Assembly (NCBI GenBank): GCA_951406725.2 | Contig: OX597822.1 | Location: forward strand, 78,926,001 to 78,990,000 | Source: Octopus vulgaris | Taxonomy: Eukaryota | Reading direction: 5' to 3' | Length of the DNA stretch: 64,000 nt | Shown here: positions 30,649-44,258 of the stretch, one piece after another | Layout of the letters: each line of letters opens with the position of its first letter | Position numbering within the stretch: the first letter of the stretch is position 1 | Notes under the pieces: generated by a model | The model's database searches: none | The model's input: only the letters and a program-made list of their open reading frames with translations | What the model was told of the DNA's origin: nothing | Made by a program: the position numbers and the translations under genes

Positions 30649-31719
30649 CTGAAACAAAGATAGGAAAAAAGTTAGTTTAGAAATATGTAAGGAGACAGAA
30701 ATTGGGACAAAAGTAATAAGAGTAGTGTATATACTAACCCCCTAACTGGCTCCTATCCAAATATGATCGATGCCAGATCCACCTGACTGGCTCCTGTGCT
30801 GGTGGCACATAAAAAGTACCTACTACACTCTTGGAGTGGTTAGCATTAGGAAGGGCATCCAGCTGCAGAAACATTGCCAGATCAGATTGGAACCTGGTGC
30901 AGCCGCTGGCTTTCCAGACCTAAGTCAAACCATCCAACCCATGTCAGCATGGAAAACTGAGGTTAAATGATGATGATGGTGAGGAGGTAGATACTTTATG
31001 TATGTGTGTTCGTATATATACACAACTATACACATTCAAATCAGAGAAATATTCTGGTAAGTAGACATATCAAATTGATTGATTGATGGACAGGCTGATA
31101 TCTATCTGCCTTATGGTTATCAATAGCTATGTACATAGACAAAAAACAGATAATAATAATTTCCACTACCAATTTGTTTCAATAATATTTTCTTACATTA
31201 ACACAAAAACATTGTAAAGGGAGTGATGTTGATTGAATGAAACCAGAATACAACTGGATGGCAGTGGGGGTGGGGTGTGTGCATGTGACAAAAGTTCACC
31301 TTGATGGAATTTGAACTTAGAACATAGAAGGATGTAAGAAATATACACTGCAATGTACATTGTTACACCACTAAGTTCTCGTGTCACACTTTAATAACAT
31401 CAACAGACATCATTACAGTATCCCTATATATTACAGAGACATGATATATAAATATATGTATAGCGAAAGACTAGAAGCATATCATAGACAATCACCTCAG
31501 TGATCCTCCTCAGTGAAGAGAGCTTCTTTCTGATCACTCGACTTGTCATCATAAAAAAAAAATAAAGAGGAACACCCATTAGACAATGAACATAATCCTA
31601 GATAGCCCTAAAAAGAGGTGGTGGTTATGCCTGGAAGATTTATTGATTAGGCTAAACATCAACTACAATATTGTCCTAAAGAAATAAAGCAAAAATGTGT
31701 GGTTTATGTGGATATTTAC

Positions 31720-32470
31720 CTGGATGGACTGCTCTGTGAAACCCTTTGACATGTCCTTTAGTTTCAGATTGTTCAACAAACAGGACATGTCATGGTTTTG
31801 GCAATGGCTACCAGAACTATTCTCGCTACTGATGATGGAGTTGACCGGCGAGATGAGCGGTAGGTGAGGAGTCTCAGGAGACGGGGACAAATCAATGGTT
31901 TGGCGGTCAATTTCACGCATCAGTTCATCAATATTTTTTATGCGTATGATCTTTGAACGAGGTGAACCACGGCTGTTTAGGCTACTGGTCTTGTAGCGGT
32001 AAGGGTCATGGACCTGCCAGTGTGAGAATGGTGAGAGGGGACTGTTATCAGGCGGCTCGCTTGGCGGTGGGGGAAGGTTCAAACGGAAACTGGCAAGGTC
32101 AAGCAGGCGACTGGAAGGGTCGGAACCAACCGCCTCTTTGCTGTTGTGGTGGTGGTGGTGGTGGTGATGATGCTGGGCAGCAACTTGGGATTCCTCGTCT
32201 TCACCCAAGATCTCCTGCACCTCCCGCCCTTCCACATCATCGGCGTCATCTTCTCCGCAAGTGTAACCAGTTGTACGGACGTAGGTGCTGTAGTCTGTAG
32301 GTGGGTGCCGGCTGTCTAGGCGACGGGAGTGCTTTAGAATGCCCCTCTCAGGTGGCTTAGCACTCTCAGGAGACATGATAATGATCGGTGGCGGGGGCAA
32401 CTCACCGATGTCACTTTCCTCTTCACTGGATGTGCGTTTCTTCTTTTTCTTACCAAAGAGTTTCTCAGCC
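31720..32470 (-). CDS. ADAM exon, cytoplasmic tail (basic, Pro-rich and poly-His segments)
   Basis: tttctatcag|AEKLFGKKKKKRTSSEEESDIGELPPPPIII...KGFTEQSIQ|gtaaat. 751 nt GC-rich open frame, phase 2/0. Confidence 0.9.
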
Positions 32471-34504
32471 CTGATAGAAAATAGAAATAACAGACATGAA
32501 TTATCATTGTGAGCAATAATGAAGAGTGAGCAACAAAGTTAAGAAATAACTCCAAAACCATAATGAAACAAGCAGATATGAGGTTGTGAAAGGTGAAGAG
32601 AGTTGTTGTTTAGCTCCAGGGGACATCTGATACAATAGTCCCTACCATCAAAAGCATTTCAGCCACGACCAGTTTGTCTTTTTGTATTACAGGAACTACA
32701 TTATCAAATATATCCTTATTCATTTAAGATGGTTGGATGCAATTTGGGGTTGATTTGGCTGCTATTTCTAGCAGGTCAAACAACAACACAGAGGCTTCCT
32801 TGTTGGTACAAGGTGAAAAAAATTATTCCAGATGGTGATAAGATAAAGAACAGTTAGTTATAAATGCATTATTCCATATTTTCTACCTGGCCTGCTAAAA
32901 ATAGCACCCAAATCTCCCTCAAATATCATTCTATTTCCTTGAAAAAAATGAAGGACACATTGGTTAGTGTAGTCCTAGATACAACATTACTGAAAAAGAT
33001 GACATGGTCATACACAGCTGGTAATACTTTTTGTATCATAGTTCAACTGGGTCAGCACTGATCTATAACTAAACAACAACATCACCACCACAACTATGGC
33101 AATGATGTCTTGCCTTAATTCTTTTTCTCTTTTAGTGTTCCAGCAGTTCATATTTCATAGTCTCTCAACACAGACACCCTAACAAATTCTTTATAAAAAA
33201 AAATACTGTTACTTTATTAATTCTTCATATTTCTAACAGCTTGTTAGTCAAATGTGAAAAGTCAAAAAATAAATAATTAATAAATAATGAAAAGGTCAAC
33301 AGTACAGTAGATACTGAAGTAAGTTCTGTGAAGAAATATCTCAAGGGTCATTATTTATTCATTATTCACCGTATTCATTAGTCTTACAGGTGACTAATAA
33401 TGGCAGCTTTACAAATACTGACTGTTGTTATATATAAATAGAGAGATCTCGTCATCTTCATTTTAACATTTGCTTTTCCATGCTTGCTTGGGTCAGATGG
33501 AATTTGTTGAGGCAGATTTTCTACAGCTTCCTGTCTTCAACACTCCCCTGTTTCCAAGTTAGATTTCACCTTGTCCTTTCTTTTCAACAAGTACAGCACA
33601 AATGTACACGAGAGATAGCAAATGAATGACACCTCATATATGGTGGTGGCGTTTATTTACAATTAGCATGTTATATTAAGATAAGGAGATGCAAACATAC
33701 ATAAATGTGTATGCGTTTGTGTATGACAAGCTTGTTTGCTTTTCTGTCTCACAAATCTACTCACAAGGCTTTAGATGGCCTGAAGTTGTAATTGAAGACA
33801 CTTTCCCAAAGTGCAGTACAGTGAAATTGAACTCAAAAGTATGTAGTTGCCAACCAAACTTCTTAACCACATAACCATGCCTGTACTTATTAAATTATGT
33901 TTTATGGCTTAGAGAATGATGTAGAGTGTTTATGAACATTCACAAGGTCTTTGAGACTAATAAGACGAAGGAAGAAGGTTATCGTTAGAATGCTTGCAAC
34001 AGTGTGGACTATCAGCAAAAGCCATCCAAGGTTTTTATGTGGGAGCTGAACATTAGTTCAAGCCAGGAGTACCGGATCATAGATCAACAGTTCAATGTCA
34101 GTTCAAACCAAGACTAGGCAGCTTATAGATTGCCATTTCATGTCAGTTCAATCCTGAGCAGAGAAAGCATAAGGCAGGTCTGTGTGTTCTTAGATTGTCA
34201 GTTTAAACCTACTACAGACATTTTGTTGTGTACATATGAGACTGACAATTTCAAAACTGGTAGACTAATGAAGAAAAAAAACTCTTTTTGCAGTAATTCC
34301 ACCTCTCCCTATCTTACTAGAATGGAACACATAAGATAATGTGGTCCTGAGTTGAGAATGGATGGGATGACCATGACAAGAATGTATTTGATCATTGGTT
34401 TGTGGGATTAGAGATGATTTGGGATTAGACAACAACAGCTGATAAGATTCCAATGTTGGATCTGCAGGAGATTAAACATATTTCAAATAATTGTATATAA
34501 TTAC

Positions 34505-34648
34505 CTGTAAGATGGCAGGGACCCAAAACTGATAATTCTTGACTGTTTCGGACCAACACTTGGTCCTGAAAGGTTCGATTTTTTCCCACTGTGATTGGCC
34601 AGGAACCCCATCTTACCGGTAGTTGGCAACTTTTGAGGACTTCTTCGT
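34505..34648 (-). CDS. ADAM exon, juxtamembrane cytoplasmic tail
   Basis: ttgtttag|RRSPQKLPTTGKMGFLANHSGKKSNLSGPSVGPKQSRIISFGSLPSY-R|gtaatt. 144 nt, phase 2/2. Confidence 0.9.
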
Positions 34649-35251
34649 CTAAACAAGCAAAAAATTTATATATGAGGTAAAGAGCAAAAACAAGAGGGGC
34701 AGGTTTTAACAAAGGTACTGTTATTCTTTATTTGTTTCAATCATTTGACTGGCCATGCTGGAGCACCACCTTTAGCCAAACAAATTGACCCCAGGACTTA
34801 TTCTTTGTAAGCATAGTACTGAGTCTATCGTTCTTTTTGGCCAAACCGCTAAGCTATGAGGATGTAAACACACCAGTGTCGATTGTCAAGTGATGGTTGG
34901 GGGAGAGAGACAAGGAAAAAAATCTCTAACATTTCAGATACTAGTCCTTTATCACAAATAAGGAAAATAAGAGGAAAGGTGGTGAGAAAGAAAAGGAGAA
35001 AAAAAAAAAGGATTTAGGGGTCAGGTGGGAGCGAATTTCAATGGGAAAGACTTAGGAAGAAAGCAAAGAAGGAGGTAGGATGGGGTGTTCATGTATGGGA
35101 GGGTAGCTACACATGGAAATGTGCGTAGATGTGTAGGAGTGTATGACAATGAAAATCAGAATCTAGTTAGTCACATGACATGAAATGGCTGAAGGAAACA
35201 ACAGAGAAAGATGATGCCAATTGAGAAATGAATCAACAGATCAATAATTAC

Positions 35252-35351
35252 CGATAACAGAACATAGTGATGGCCATGAGAAAAACAAGCCCTCCAACCA
35301 CGGATATCAGGATTATAATCAGCCAAACTGTGTTAAATTCCGCTGATTCGG
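35252..35351 (-). CDS. ADAM exon, transmembrane helix
   Basis: ctttttag|(A)ESAEFNTVWLIIILISVVGGLVFLMAITMFCY-R|gtaatt. 100 nt, phase 1/2; hydrophobic span followed by RRR in the next exon. Confidence 0.94.
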
Positions 35352-36606
35352 CTAAAAAGAAAAACAAAAAAAAGAAAGTGAAAGTTAAAAATATATAAAT
35401 ATGAATAAATCTAGCATCATGTATTAATTTTCAAAACTATGAAAGTAGGGATTCAGACAAGCACTCCATTGCGTTTAGCGTAAATTTATTCTAACGTCCA
35501 TGCAATAGAAACTTTATGTACAGCAGCCCAAAAGAATTCAAGTGTGTGTGTGTATGTGCATAAATACACACACATAGAGGACAAAGAGGAGGAGCTGGTA
35601 GAATCATTAGCATACCAAACAACATGCTTAGCTGCTTTTCCTCCATCTTTTCGTTCTGAGTTCAAATTCCACTGAGGCTAACCTCAAATTCCTTCCTTTC
35701 AAAGTCAATGAAATAAGTACCTGTTGAGCACTTGGAGGGAGGGGGGGGCAATGTAATTGAATTACCTCTCCTCCCTTAAAGTTGCTGCCTTATGCCAAAA
35801 TTCGAAACCATTATTACTATTATTATTATTGTGTGAGAGAGCAATGCATGCCATCAAAGTAACACTGGGGTAAAATATATGAAACCTAGTACATCCATCA
35901 TGACTACCTGTCTAATAAGGGCACACCAGGCACAGATAAACAGCACATGACCTTGCAGGTGGGGACCCAGTTAGAATTTTCTTCAGGTCAAGTAGCCTGT
36001 CCCACTCAAAAGGTCCCTGAATAAGGGTTGTTTAAGGATGTTTATTATTATCATTAGTACCGTTGCTAATTAATTTAGATTGACTTACAACACAATCATG
36101 GCCATAATATAAATAATCCCCAGCAATGACTACAAATCTATTTTACCTGCCAACAGTTTACAAACTGCTTTCAGGCCAACAAAGAAGCCTCCATGTTGAT
36201 GCTTGGGCTGTTAGAAATAACAGTCACATATCTTTTAAATAACATCCTACCACCTTAAAAAAAAATGGCACACATTAGATATTAGTCTACATACTTCTAA
36301 AAAGGCAGGATGGTTACAGTTGGAATACCTTCAATCATAAGTCTGCCTAAATTTGAAGCTAAACAACATACTGTTGAGATCAGAAGTCTCCATGTGGTCA
36401 CTAGAAATAACAACCACATCTCCCATAAATGACACAGTACTGTCTTGAAAGAAATGTATTAAATAATGAAGTCTTACATATTCCCAAAAAGACATGATGG
36501 TCATATCTGGATTACTTTTGATAATAGATCTATTTGATCACAATAGACCTGCAAGATAAATATCAGTTGGGACCAAGATGTTAATACTAGAGACATGGCT
36601 ACTTAC

Positions 36607-36805
36607 CTTTAATTACAGCTTGGAGTGGTCCTGTAACTGTAGACAAAGCGGAAGCAGGTGTAGTGGGTAGATTTGATTGAAAAGAGGAATTTTGGGACAC
36701 AGTTGTTGCACTGATTTGCAAGAAAGTGGTTTTGTTGACCACCTCATCACATAGTTCCCCTCCCCAACCAGCATCACAGAAACAAGTTGAGAATGTGGTG
36801 CATAC
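36607..36805 (-). CDS. ADAM exon, EGF-like domain end plus Ser/Thr-rich stalk
   Basis: cattccag|VCTTFSTCFCDAGWGGELCDEVVNKTTFLQISATTVSQNSSFQSNLPTTPASALSTVTGPLQAVIK|gtaagt. 199 nt, phase 0/1. Confidence 0.94.
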
Positions 36806-37059
36806 CTGGAATGAAAATAAAAAAAAGAAGCAAAATAAAAGAAAAATAAGTCATCATCATCACTGTCATTTAATGTCCATATTCCATACTGGCATGGGCT
36901 GGACAGTTTGACAAGATCTGAGGGGCCCCAAGGATTGCATTGTGCTCCAGTGCCTGCTTTGACATAATTTTTAAGGTTGGACGTCCTTCCTAGTGCCACC
37001 CACTTTACAGTGTGTAACAATATGGGTACTGGATGATGTGAAGAAAAAGGAAAATTGTC

Positions 37060-37790
37060 ATAGACTTGGATTGAAAACAAGGAAGTTTTTCATCTGGTCC
37101 CTCATAACTGACTTAGCAAAATATTGGAACTGCTTCAATTTGATGCTGATGATATGGTAAACTTTATAAAAGCAGTTGCAGACAGTTTTTTCAGCAGCAA
37201 TCAAGAACAGCATGACTGTAAGATCCAACCTCACAAGAATATTCAAAATATTTCAAGGGAACAATATTTCTGGTCTTTAACCCTATGTTTGTTACCCTTA
37301 AGTTGGCTCATGAAAAAGCCAATTTGAAAAACTAAAGGAACAAAGAGGACCAGGTTCACCCACCATCTTCTCTTTATGGATGACCTAAACTTGTGTATGA
37401 CAAATGGCCCTTGGTGTCATAGATACCTTGATATTTTCTTGCAGTTTGGCAAAGACATTTCACTTTAAGAAGTTTAAGAGTCTGACAAAAAAATGATGCA
37501 GACTAAATGATTTGGAATTCCAATAAGTGGAGGTAATATAGGAGCTGGACAATTCTACATTCTGCAAATACTTAGGCATAGATAAGAATAAAATAGTATA
37601 TGTGAAAGGTGTCGCATCAAGAATGAGAAAAAATACCTTAATAGAGTCATAATAAAAATATTAAAAAGTTTCCTCATCAGCAGCAACAATACCTGTACCA
37701 TCAATACTTTTGTAGTATCAGCTTTAACTTATGGATCAGTTAATGAACTAAATTCCATTGATTATAATATGAGAAGTTTATTATGAAGAA
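37060..37790 (+). mobile_element. Decayed reverse transcriptase of an RLE-type (R4/Dong/NeSL-like) non-LTR retrotransposon
   Basis: IFQG, HLLFMDDL (~37364-37387) and KYLGI remnants in the expected order, with stops and frameshifts. Confidence 0.8.
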
Positions 37791-38031
37791 ATGCATTGGG
37801 ACGTGTAGAATTTATTTATTGACAGCAATTCACAGCATACACAGATGAGTATTGGGCCTCTGAACTAGCCCTTAAGATAGCACTACCCATTAGTTTTTCA
37901 ACTCAAGAAAACCTGCTACATGTTTTTGGAAGGGATATAGTTGATTAAATCAACTCTAAAAATATGTGCATGCATGCGCACACACACACATATATATACA
38001 TATTGAATTAAATAGAATTTCCATGACTTAC

Positions 38032-38203
38032 CCCATTTCCTGAACAGGGTTGACCTATGTCTTCCCCAGGGCAAGGGACACTCTTAAGTTCTGAGAAAGA
38101 AGTGCATAGTTTATTCAGACAGATACGGCCTTCCCCACATTTTGCACCATCTTGAACAAGACCCCTATTTGGAAGGTCCAAACTAGTAGGCCCATGCATT
38201 ATC
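38032..38203 (-). CDS. ADAM exon, end of Cys-rich domain and start of EGF-like domain
   Basis: atttcag|IMHGPTSLDLPNRGLVQDGAKCGEGRICLNKLCTSFSELKSVPCPGEDIGQPCSGNG|gtaagt. 172 nt, phase 2/0. Confidence 0.96.
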
Positions 38204-41200
38204 CTGAAATAAAAGGAAGAAATGAGAGCAAACTTTCAATAACAATACTAAATATTTGGGAAAAACTTGAGAGAATAACTTTCTGTTGTATATTTGAAAC
38301 ATGGTCTTTAGTCCTTTACAGTTCTTCAATTTCCTTTTTGCATCTCAACTGTCATTCCTCTCCATTCCAAACCACCAAAGAATTAGGTGTCACTATTTTA
38401 ATAATATTTCTTGTTTGATTGCTTATGGCCTGTTCTAGACTGCTGCAGTTAGGATATCCAGACTTGTTCTCACTGATTAAGCAAAATACTTCTTATTTTA
38501 CAAAATTTTGAAAATAATCTGTGGTTTTGGATATGAAATAGAAAGCCTAACTCAGTTCAACACTAAGTGAATTATAGTTTATACGAAAATGTATATCAGT
38601 TATACAGAAACATTGTTATAGAACAATGATCACACACACATATATATATATACAAAGCAAACCAATTTCTTTTAGTTATTGGTCGGTTCAATAGTTAAGA
38701 GTGAACAAAATACATTCAAATAAATGCTAATCACATGTATATAGAAAAAAAATTTATCTTTTATTTTTCAGACATTAACATTTTACTTTTTATGATTATG
38801 TAACAGAAACAAGAAAGATGTGTGTCCATGTCAAATCTATGACTAGCTACTTTCCCTATTTTTACCACCTGTTTTTTTCAGTTGTGATGATAGTTAAATG
38901 ATAGTTATTGATAAATTTCAATATTTTCAAAGTGTTGAATGCAGTTTATATTTACTGCAACTTTACGTTCCTTTTGTATTGTGAACCAGTCTTCCATACA
39001 GTACGAGCAGTAACATCTGTTGACAGACAACATACATTTCGCTTTAAAGAAGCACACATATATTTGCATATCAATGGATCTTGCAAATGATGGTCCCAGT
39101 TGTTTGCTCAACACAACAACTAATGCAGTGTTGAAATTTGAGCTTTGCAAGTCTATTCTAATCCATATGGCCCTAATCAATAACAGACAGGAAATTTAGG
39201 ACAGTCATGGGTCAATCAGAGGTTATGATAAATGAAACTTGACCAAAATATCCTTGTGTTGGATCAAACCTGGAACTGTTTGACTGGGAAACAAATTTCT
39301 TAACCACTTGACTATGTGTCTATGGCGCATGTTTACACACACCCTGTATATGCACATACATATACAAGCATATTTAAAGAAAACTATAGTCTGTGTATGG
39401 GCTAAATAACTTCATCTTGATACCTGTTGCAGATCTGTTTCTGGCTCTGAGTAATTTTGGTATTTAAAAGGTCATCATTTTGTCTAAACATTCATTCCAG
39501 CAGCTGTGTAGTGTTGTAAATAAATCTATACAATATGATAACTTGAAGGAGAATCAGGTTGAGCCAATGAGCAAACCTATGTGCCAGTGACTTTTTTAAA
39601 ACTGTTTCAAAATTACACAGCTGTATCATGAAATTGTCTCTGGTTAGATTATTTTACTTCTCAATTTTCACATTTGCAGATTAAAATTAAACCCTAATTG
39701 CCTGTATTGTCTGTGTATGTTATGTCAAATGTGAGCCCAAATATTTTGTTTTTTTTTTAAAGAGAAATTTATATAGTGTCATTTCATTTTTAGTGAAATA
39801 AAAATGTCACAATCCACAGAAAAAGAGATTAGTCAACCTGCTAGAAATAGTAACAAAATCACCCTCAAATTTTAACCTATTGCTATCTTAAAAAAGAAGA
39901 GTAAATTCAATAATGTAGCCCTAAGTTTATAAGATGGGACTGTTACAGTTTAAATACAATTGATCATAAGTCTGACTGATGAAGAGTAAACATCAAGACA
40001 ACAACAATAACTAGTGGTGGTTTGTGACAACAAGAGGCAATACAATATGAATCAAAGCAAGAGATCTATTTTGTGGTTACTATAAGGAAATGAAATGTTC
40101 TGCCCAGAATATTATATCTTAATCTCACCTCTTAGTAATCTAACATTTCTCAATTTGGTTTTGTTTTTACTATCAATTTGTAGAACACAAAATGGCAGCC
40201 AAGTCATACAGGACATACATTTGAGCAACATATAATAGACATATGTAAAATGTGTGAGGAGGAGAAATGTGGCTCAGTGGTTAGAATATTGTACTTATGA
40301 CTGTAAAATTGTGGTTTTGATGCTTGGACCAGCCAATGTACCATGTTCTTGGGGTGGGGGTGGGGACTAGCTTATTTCATATTGCCCCAGTCCACTCAGC
40401 TGGGAAAATTGAGTAATTGTGCAATGGACTTGCATCCTGTCCAGTGGGGGAATATATATGCCATAGAATGTGGAGAAACTGGCCCCATGAACTTCTGGTT
40501 TGTGAAGGACTTTTGATAATTGTGTGTGTGCATGTGTGTAGAGCCTGACAGAGGGTAGCAGGCAGAAACTTCAAAGTCACTGTCATCCCTCTTCTTGTAA
40601 AAGTTTAATAAACATGTACTCTACAAAAAAAAAAGTAATTCTTCAGTTTAATGCTAAACTGTTTTTATATCTAACATGGTATTTATCACCACAGAGGTGT
40701 CAACTATCTCTTCTTAGACATGTATAACTAATTTGACAGTGAGAAGGAGAGATGTGAATTTAGTGCAGAGTGGCGTGAAATTGATAATTCTCCTTGCTGA
40801 AGTGAAAATCAAAACAGACAAGACAGAACAGCACAGAATCTACTCTTCTTTGATAGGTGAATATCTAAAAGTGGGACCTGTCGTCATCTGTGAAATGCAA
40901 AGCATGAAGGTAAAAAGAATGGATGAAAGTGGAGTGAAAAATAGTGTTCAGTTTTGTAGTGAAAGCTACAGAGAAGCCTTGTGGATAATGGTTTGAAATG
41001 TATTGTGTTAGTAAACAAACTTGTTCTTTATTGGACTATTTGAGTATAATCTGTGTAAAATTATGAACTACCTTTCAATAGTAATGGATAAGAGAGTTCA
41101 ATGAATTTGTGATGAGGAATGAAGTGAAAGCCCTTGCCTTTCATATGAGAGAAGGGAAGACAGAAAAAGTTGTGTTGTGGAATTTTATTGAACCTCTACT

Positions 41201-44045
41201 CAGATGACAACATCATTTATTCTTGCCTTCCTCAGTATGAGATGAATGGGTAAGAGCCCAAGACATCAGAACTTTCATTCACCTCAGAAATTAAACTTAG
41301 AGAAGCAATCTACAAATTCTCATATGGATGACTAGTAGTTTCTGACTCGTATCATCACCAGTTTGCTCAGATTGCAGATCTTACTCTATCACAACTGAAG
41401 ATGGTCTAGTAACAACTACTACTACCATCACCACCACCCCACCTGAGGAGCCCTGACCATCTTGTAATAGCAAACAAATTTTCTTCAAATTACACTGTTT
41501 CATCTTGAAGTAGGGCGGGGGGCACATTAGATACTGTAATCCTAATATGCAATGCCCAAGAGTGGTCATGGCCGGAACAACTTTGAATGCAGATCTTTTA
41601 AGTCAGGACTAACCGAGAGTTAAGCTGCAACCCTCTCCTCTTTCTGGAAGTGTTAATCAATAAAAAATACAGAATATCATTGATAAGTTTAATAGTGAAA
41701 GCAAAGATTTATACCCTGGATTCAAGGTCAATGCATTAAAGAATCCCTTAATCCATTGAATATGACTTGGTACATAATCTTTCCGTAGTGTATCTGGAGA
41801 AACTCGGATGGGTGGAATCCCTAACTTTTTAAGCCTTGCAAGGAAGCAAATTATCTGTGCTGTTGCAATGAGTTGTTCCAACATAGTACCTATTTTCAGT
41901 TAAGTGGATTGGCCCATTTGAGACTTCTATGTCTCAACATACAGATGTTGACAGGGTGTGAACCACTTATCTCTCACTTGCTAGTCCACAACTGGTCAAT
42001 GTTCTCAATGGCATGACTATGTTAACAAATTCTTCCTTTTAGAATTTCTACCTACTGAAATCACTCTCTCAACTTATCTAAATGCTGTTTCAATCACTTT
42101 ATTTGATCAACGATGACTACACTAACTCCACCCAGTTCTATTTCTCTCCCTGCTATAGAAGACTCTAGAAAGGTTATAGGCATTGTGACCTTCTCCATAA
42201 ATTAATGTATCCTAATACAAAGCACACATTCTATATTCTCATACACACTCTTTCATGCCAAAAAATACACTTGCACATTCAAACAGACTTTAGCTTTTAG
42301 CAACCAAGCCGGTGGCATGTAAAAGCACCCATTACATTCTCAGAGTGGTTGGTATTAGGAAGGGCACCTAGCTGCAGAAAACTATGCCAAATCATACTGG
42401 AGTCTGGTGCAGCCTTCCAGCTTGCCACCCCTGGTCAAACCATCCAACCCACGCCAGCATGGACAACGGACGATAAATGATGATGGCGATGATCCTCCTG
42501 CACTGTTGAGCGTATTGGGTAGCAGGCTTCCTCTACTGGTTGGCTGCTGCTCTTGCACATTCATTCCATGTAATGTTGACTGTCTTCAGATCATCTTGGA
42601 ATGTCTGCTGCCAAGTGATCTTTTATACCTATTGACAGATGGTATCTGATTTGTGACTGTTTTCAGGTGCTGTAGATAGGCTTGAGAGAGAGAATGTGGC
42701 CAGCCAGGTGGAATCAGAGCAGTGCTACAATCTCTTGCAAACACACACACACTCACTCGCACACTGTGATGAACAGCTCAGGATTAGTTGTTGTTTAGGC
42801 GATCCACCACTGTGAAAGCATTGCATGGGAAAGGAGATAAGTGAAAAAAAGAACTGAGGGTTGGGTAGCCCCCTTTCTGTACAAGGGAGACAACTAGAGT
42901 GAAACAGCAGCAACTAGAAAATGAAAGAAAATGGAAACAAAAAATTAAAAAAATTGTGGATATATATATATATATATATATATATGCATGCCACAGAAAA
43001 TTATTTACCCATCTGAGTCAGTGTCAGAGTCATAGAGAAAATATGAAATCCTGAAGATGGAAAATAAAGAAAGTTTGAAAATAAAGAAAAGAATACCCCA
43101 CCCCTAAAATAAAAGATTTTCAATAAAAACAAAAAAGAAAAATACATGCAAACAGAAAATTAAGAGATTAACAAAAGAAAAAAATTATTAATGAAATTAA
43201 AAATTGAAAGAATGAGAGAAGAGAACATTGTCTCTAGCATTGACACACTACATAGAGGATGGAACTACATGAGTTAGGGTAGATATTTCACACACACACA
43301 CACACATTGAACCATAGGCACAATATAGCCAAATGGTTAAGAAGCTCAATCATGAAATCTTGAGTAAGATCTCAGTTGGCAAATGTCAATTTCTATAAGC
43401 CTTGGTTGGGTCAAGTGAAATTAGGGAGGTGGAAACTGTAGAGAAGACTGTACCATGCTAATTCTGCTAAGTGTATACAAGTCTGTGGAGTACTCAACCA
43501 CTTACACATTGATACAGAAGTAGGTTATTCAGTTGACTGAACAAATTGAATGCACATTGTCAAGATCAGTCTCCGTTCAGGAGACCTATGATCAACGTTC
43601 ATCTTTATTTCTGTGGACAGTGTTTTTAGTATCAGCCAACGTCTCCTCCTTTTTAAAGATTGTAGAGTATGATTTGAAGGATATTTGGCTGATATTTCTA
43701 GCAGGTCAAGAGACCATATAAAGGTCTACCTCATTAGTTCAGTATGGATGGATGAATGGTTCCCCATCATTTGAAAATGTGCATTTGTCTGTTTAGTCAA
43801 ATTGAATCACCTACTCTTGTATTAATGTTTATGTGGCTGAGTACTCCACAGACGTGTACCTTTAACATAATTATCAGGGCATATTACAGGTATTGTGCCA
43901 ACACTTCTAAGGAGGTGGTGTCAGGCAAAGTTGAGTACTAAGATGACAGTAAGAGTTTACTCATGAAGAGATTTTAACTTTGTGTAATGGTAAAAGAGAA
44001 ACTCCAGCACACCAAAACTAAATACTATTGTGGATCAATAATCAA

Positions 44046-44258
44046 AGGCGACAAGCTGGCAGAAACATTAGCACACCAGGCGAAATGCTTAGTGGTATTT
44101 CATCTGTCTTTACATTCTGAGTTCAAATTCTACCAAGGTCGGCTTTGCCTTTTATCCTTTCGGGGTCAATGAATTAAGTACCAGTTGTGTACTGGAGTTG
44201 ATCTAATCGACTGGCCCCTTCCCCCCAAATTTAGGGTCTTGTGCTTAGAGTAGAAAAA
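44046..44258 (+). mobile_element. tRNA-derived (CORE-like) SINE with target-site duplication
   Basis: aataatcaaagg is duplicated at 44037-44048 and 44259-44270; B box gagttcaaattc. Confidence 0.88.

Noticed and set aside
29966-32300. Antisense and alternative-frame ORFs overlapping the ADAM tail exons
   Set aside because: These are expected shadows of GC-rich coding sequence, with no splice or domain support.
36598-36607. Secreted ADAM isoform by read-through of the stalk exon donor (VIKGK-stop)
   Set aside because: An immediate stop after a GTAAGT donor is common and there is no independent support in the sequence.
41657-41890. ORF MLEQLIATAQ... as an extra ADAM exon
   Set aside because: The acceptor lacks a pyrimidine tract, the required phase-2 frame stops after ~20 codons, and the flanking exons already join in frame.
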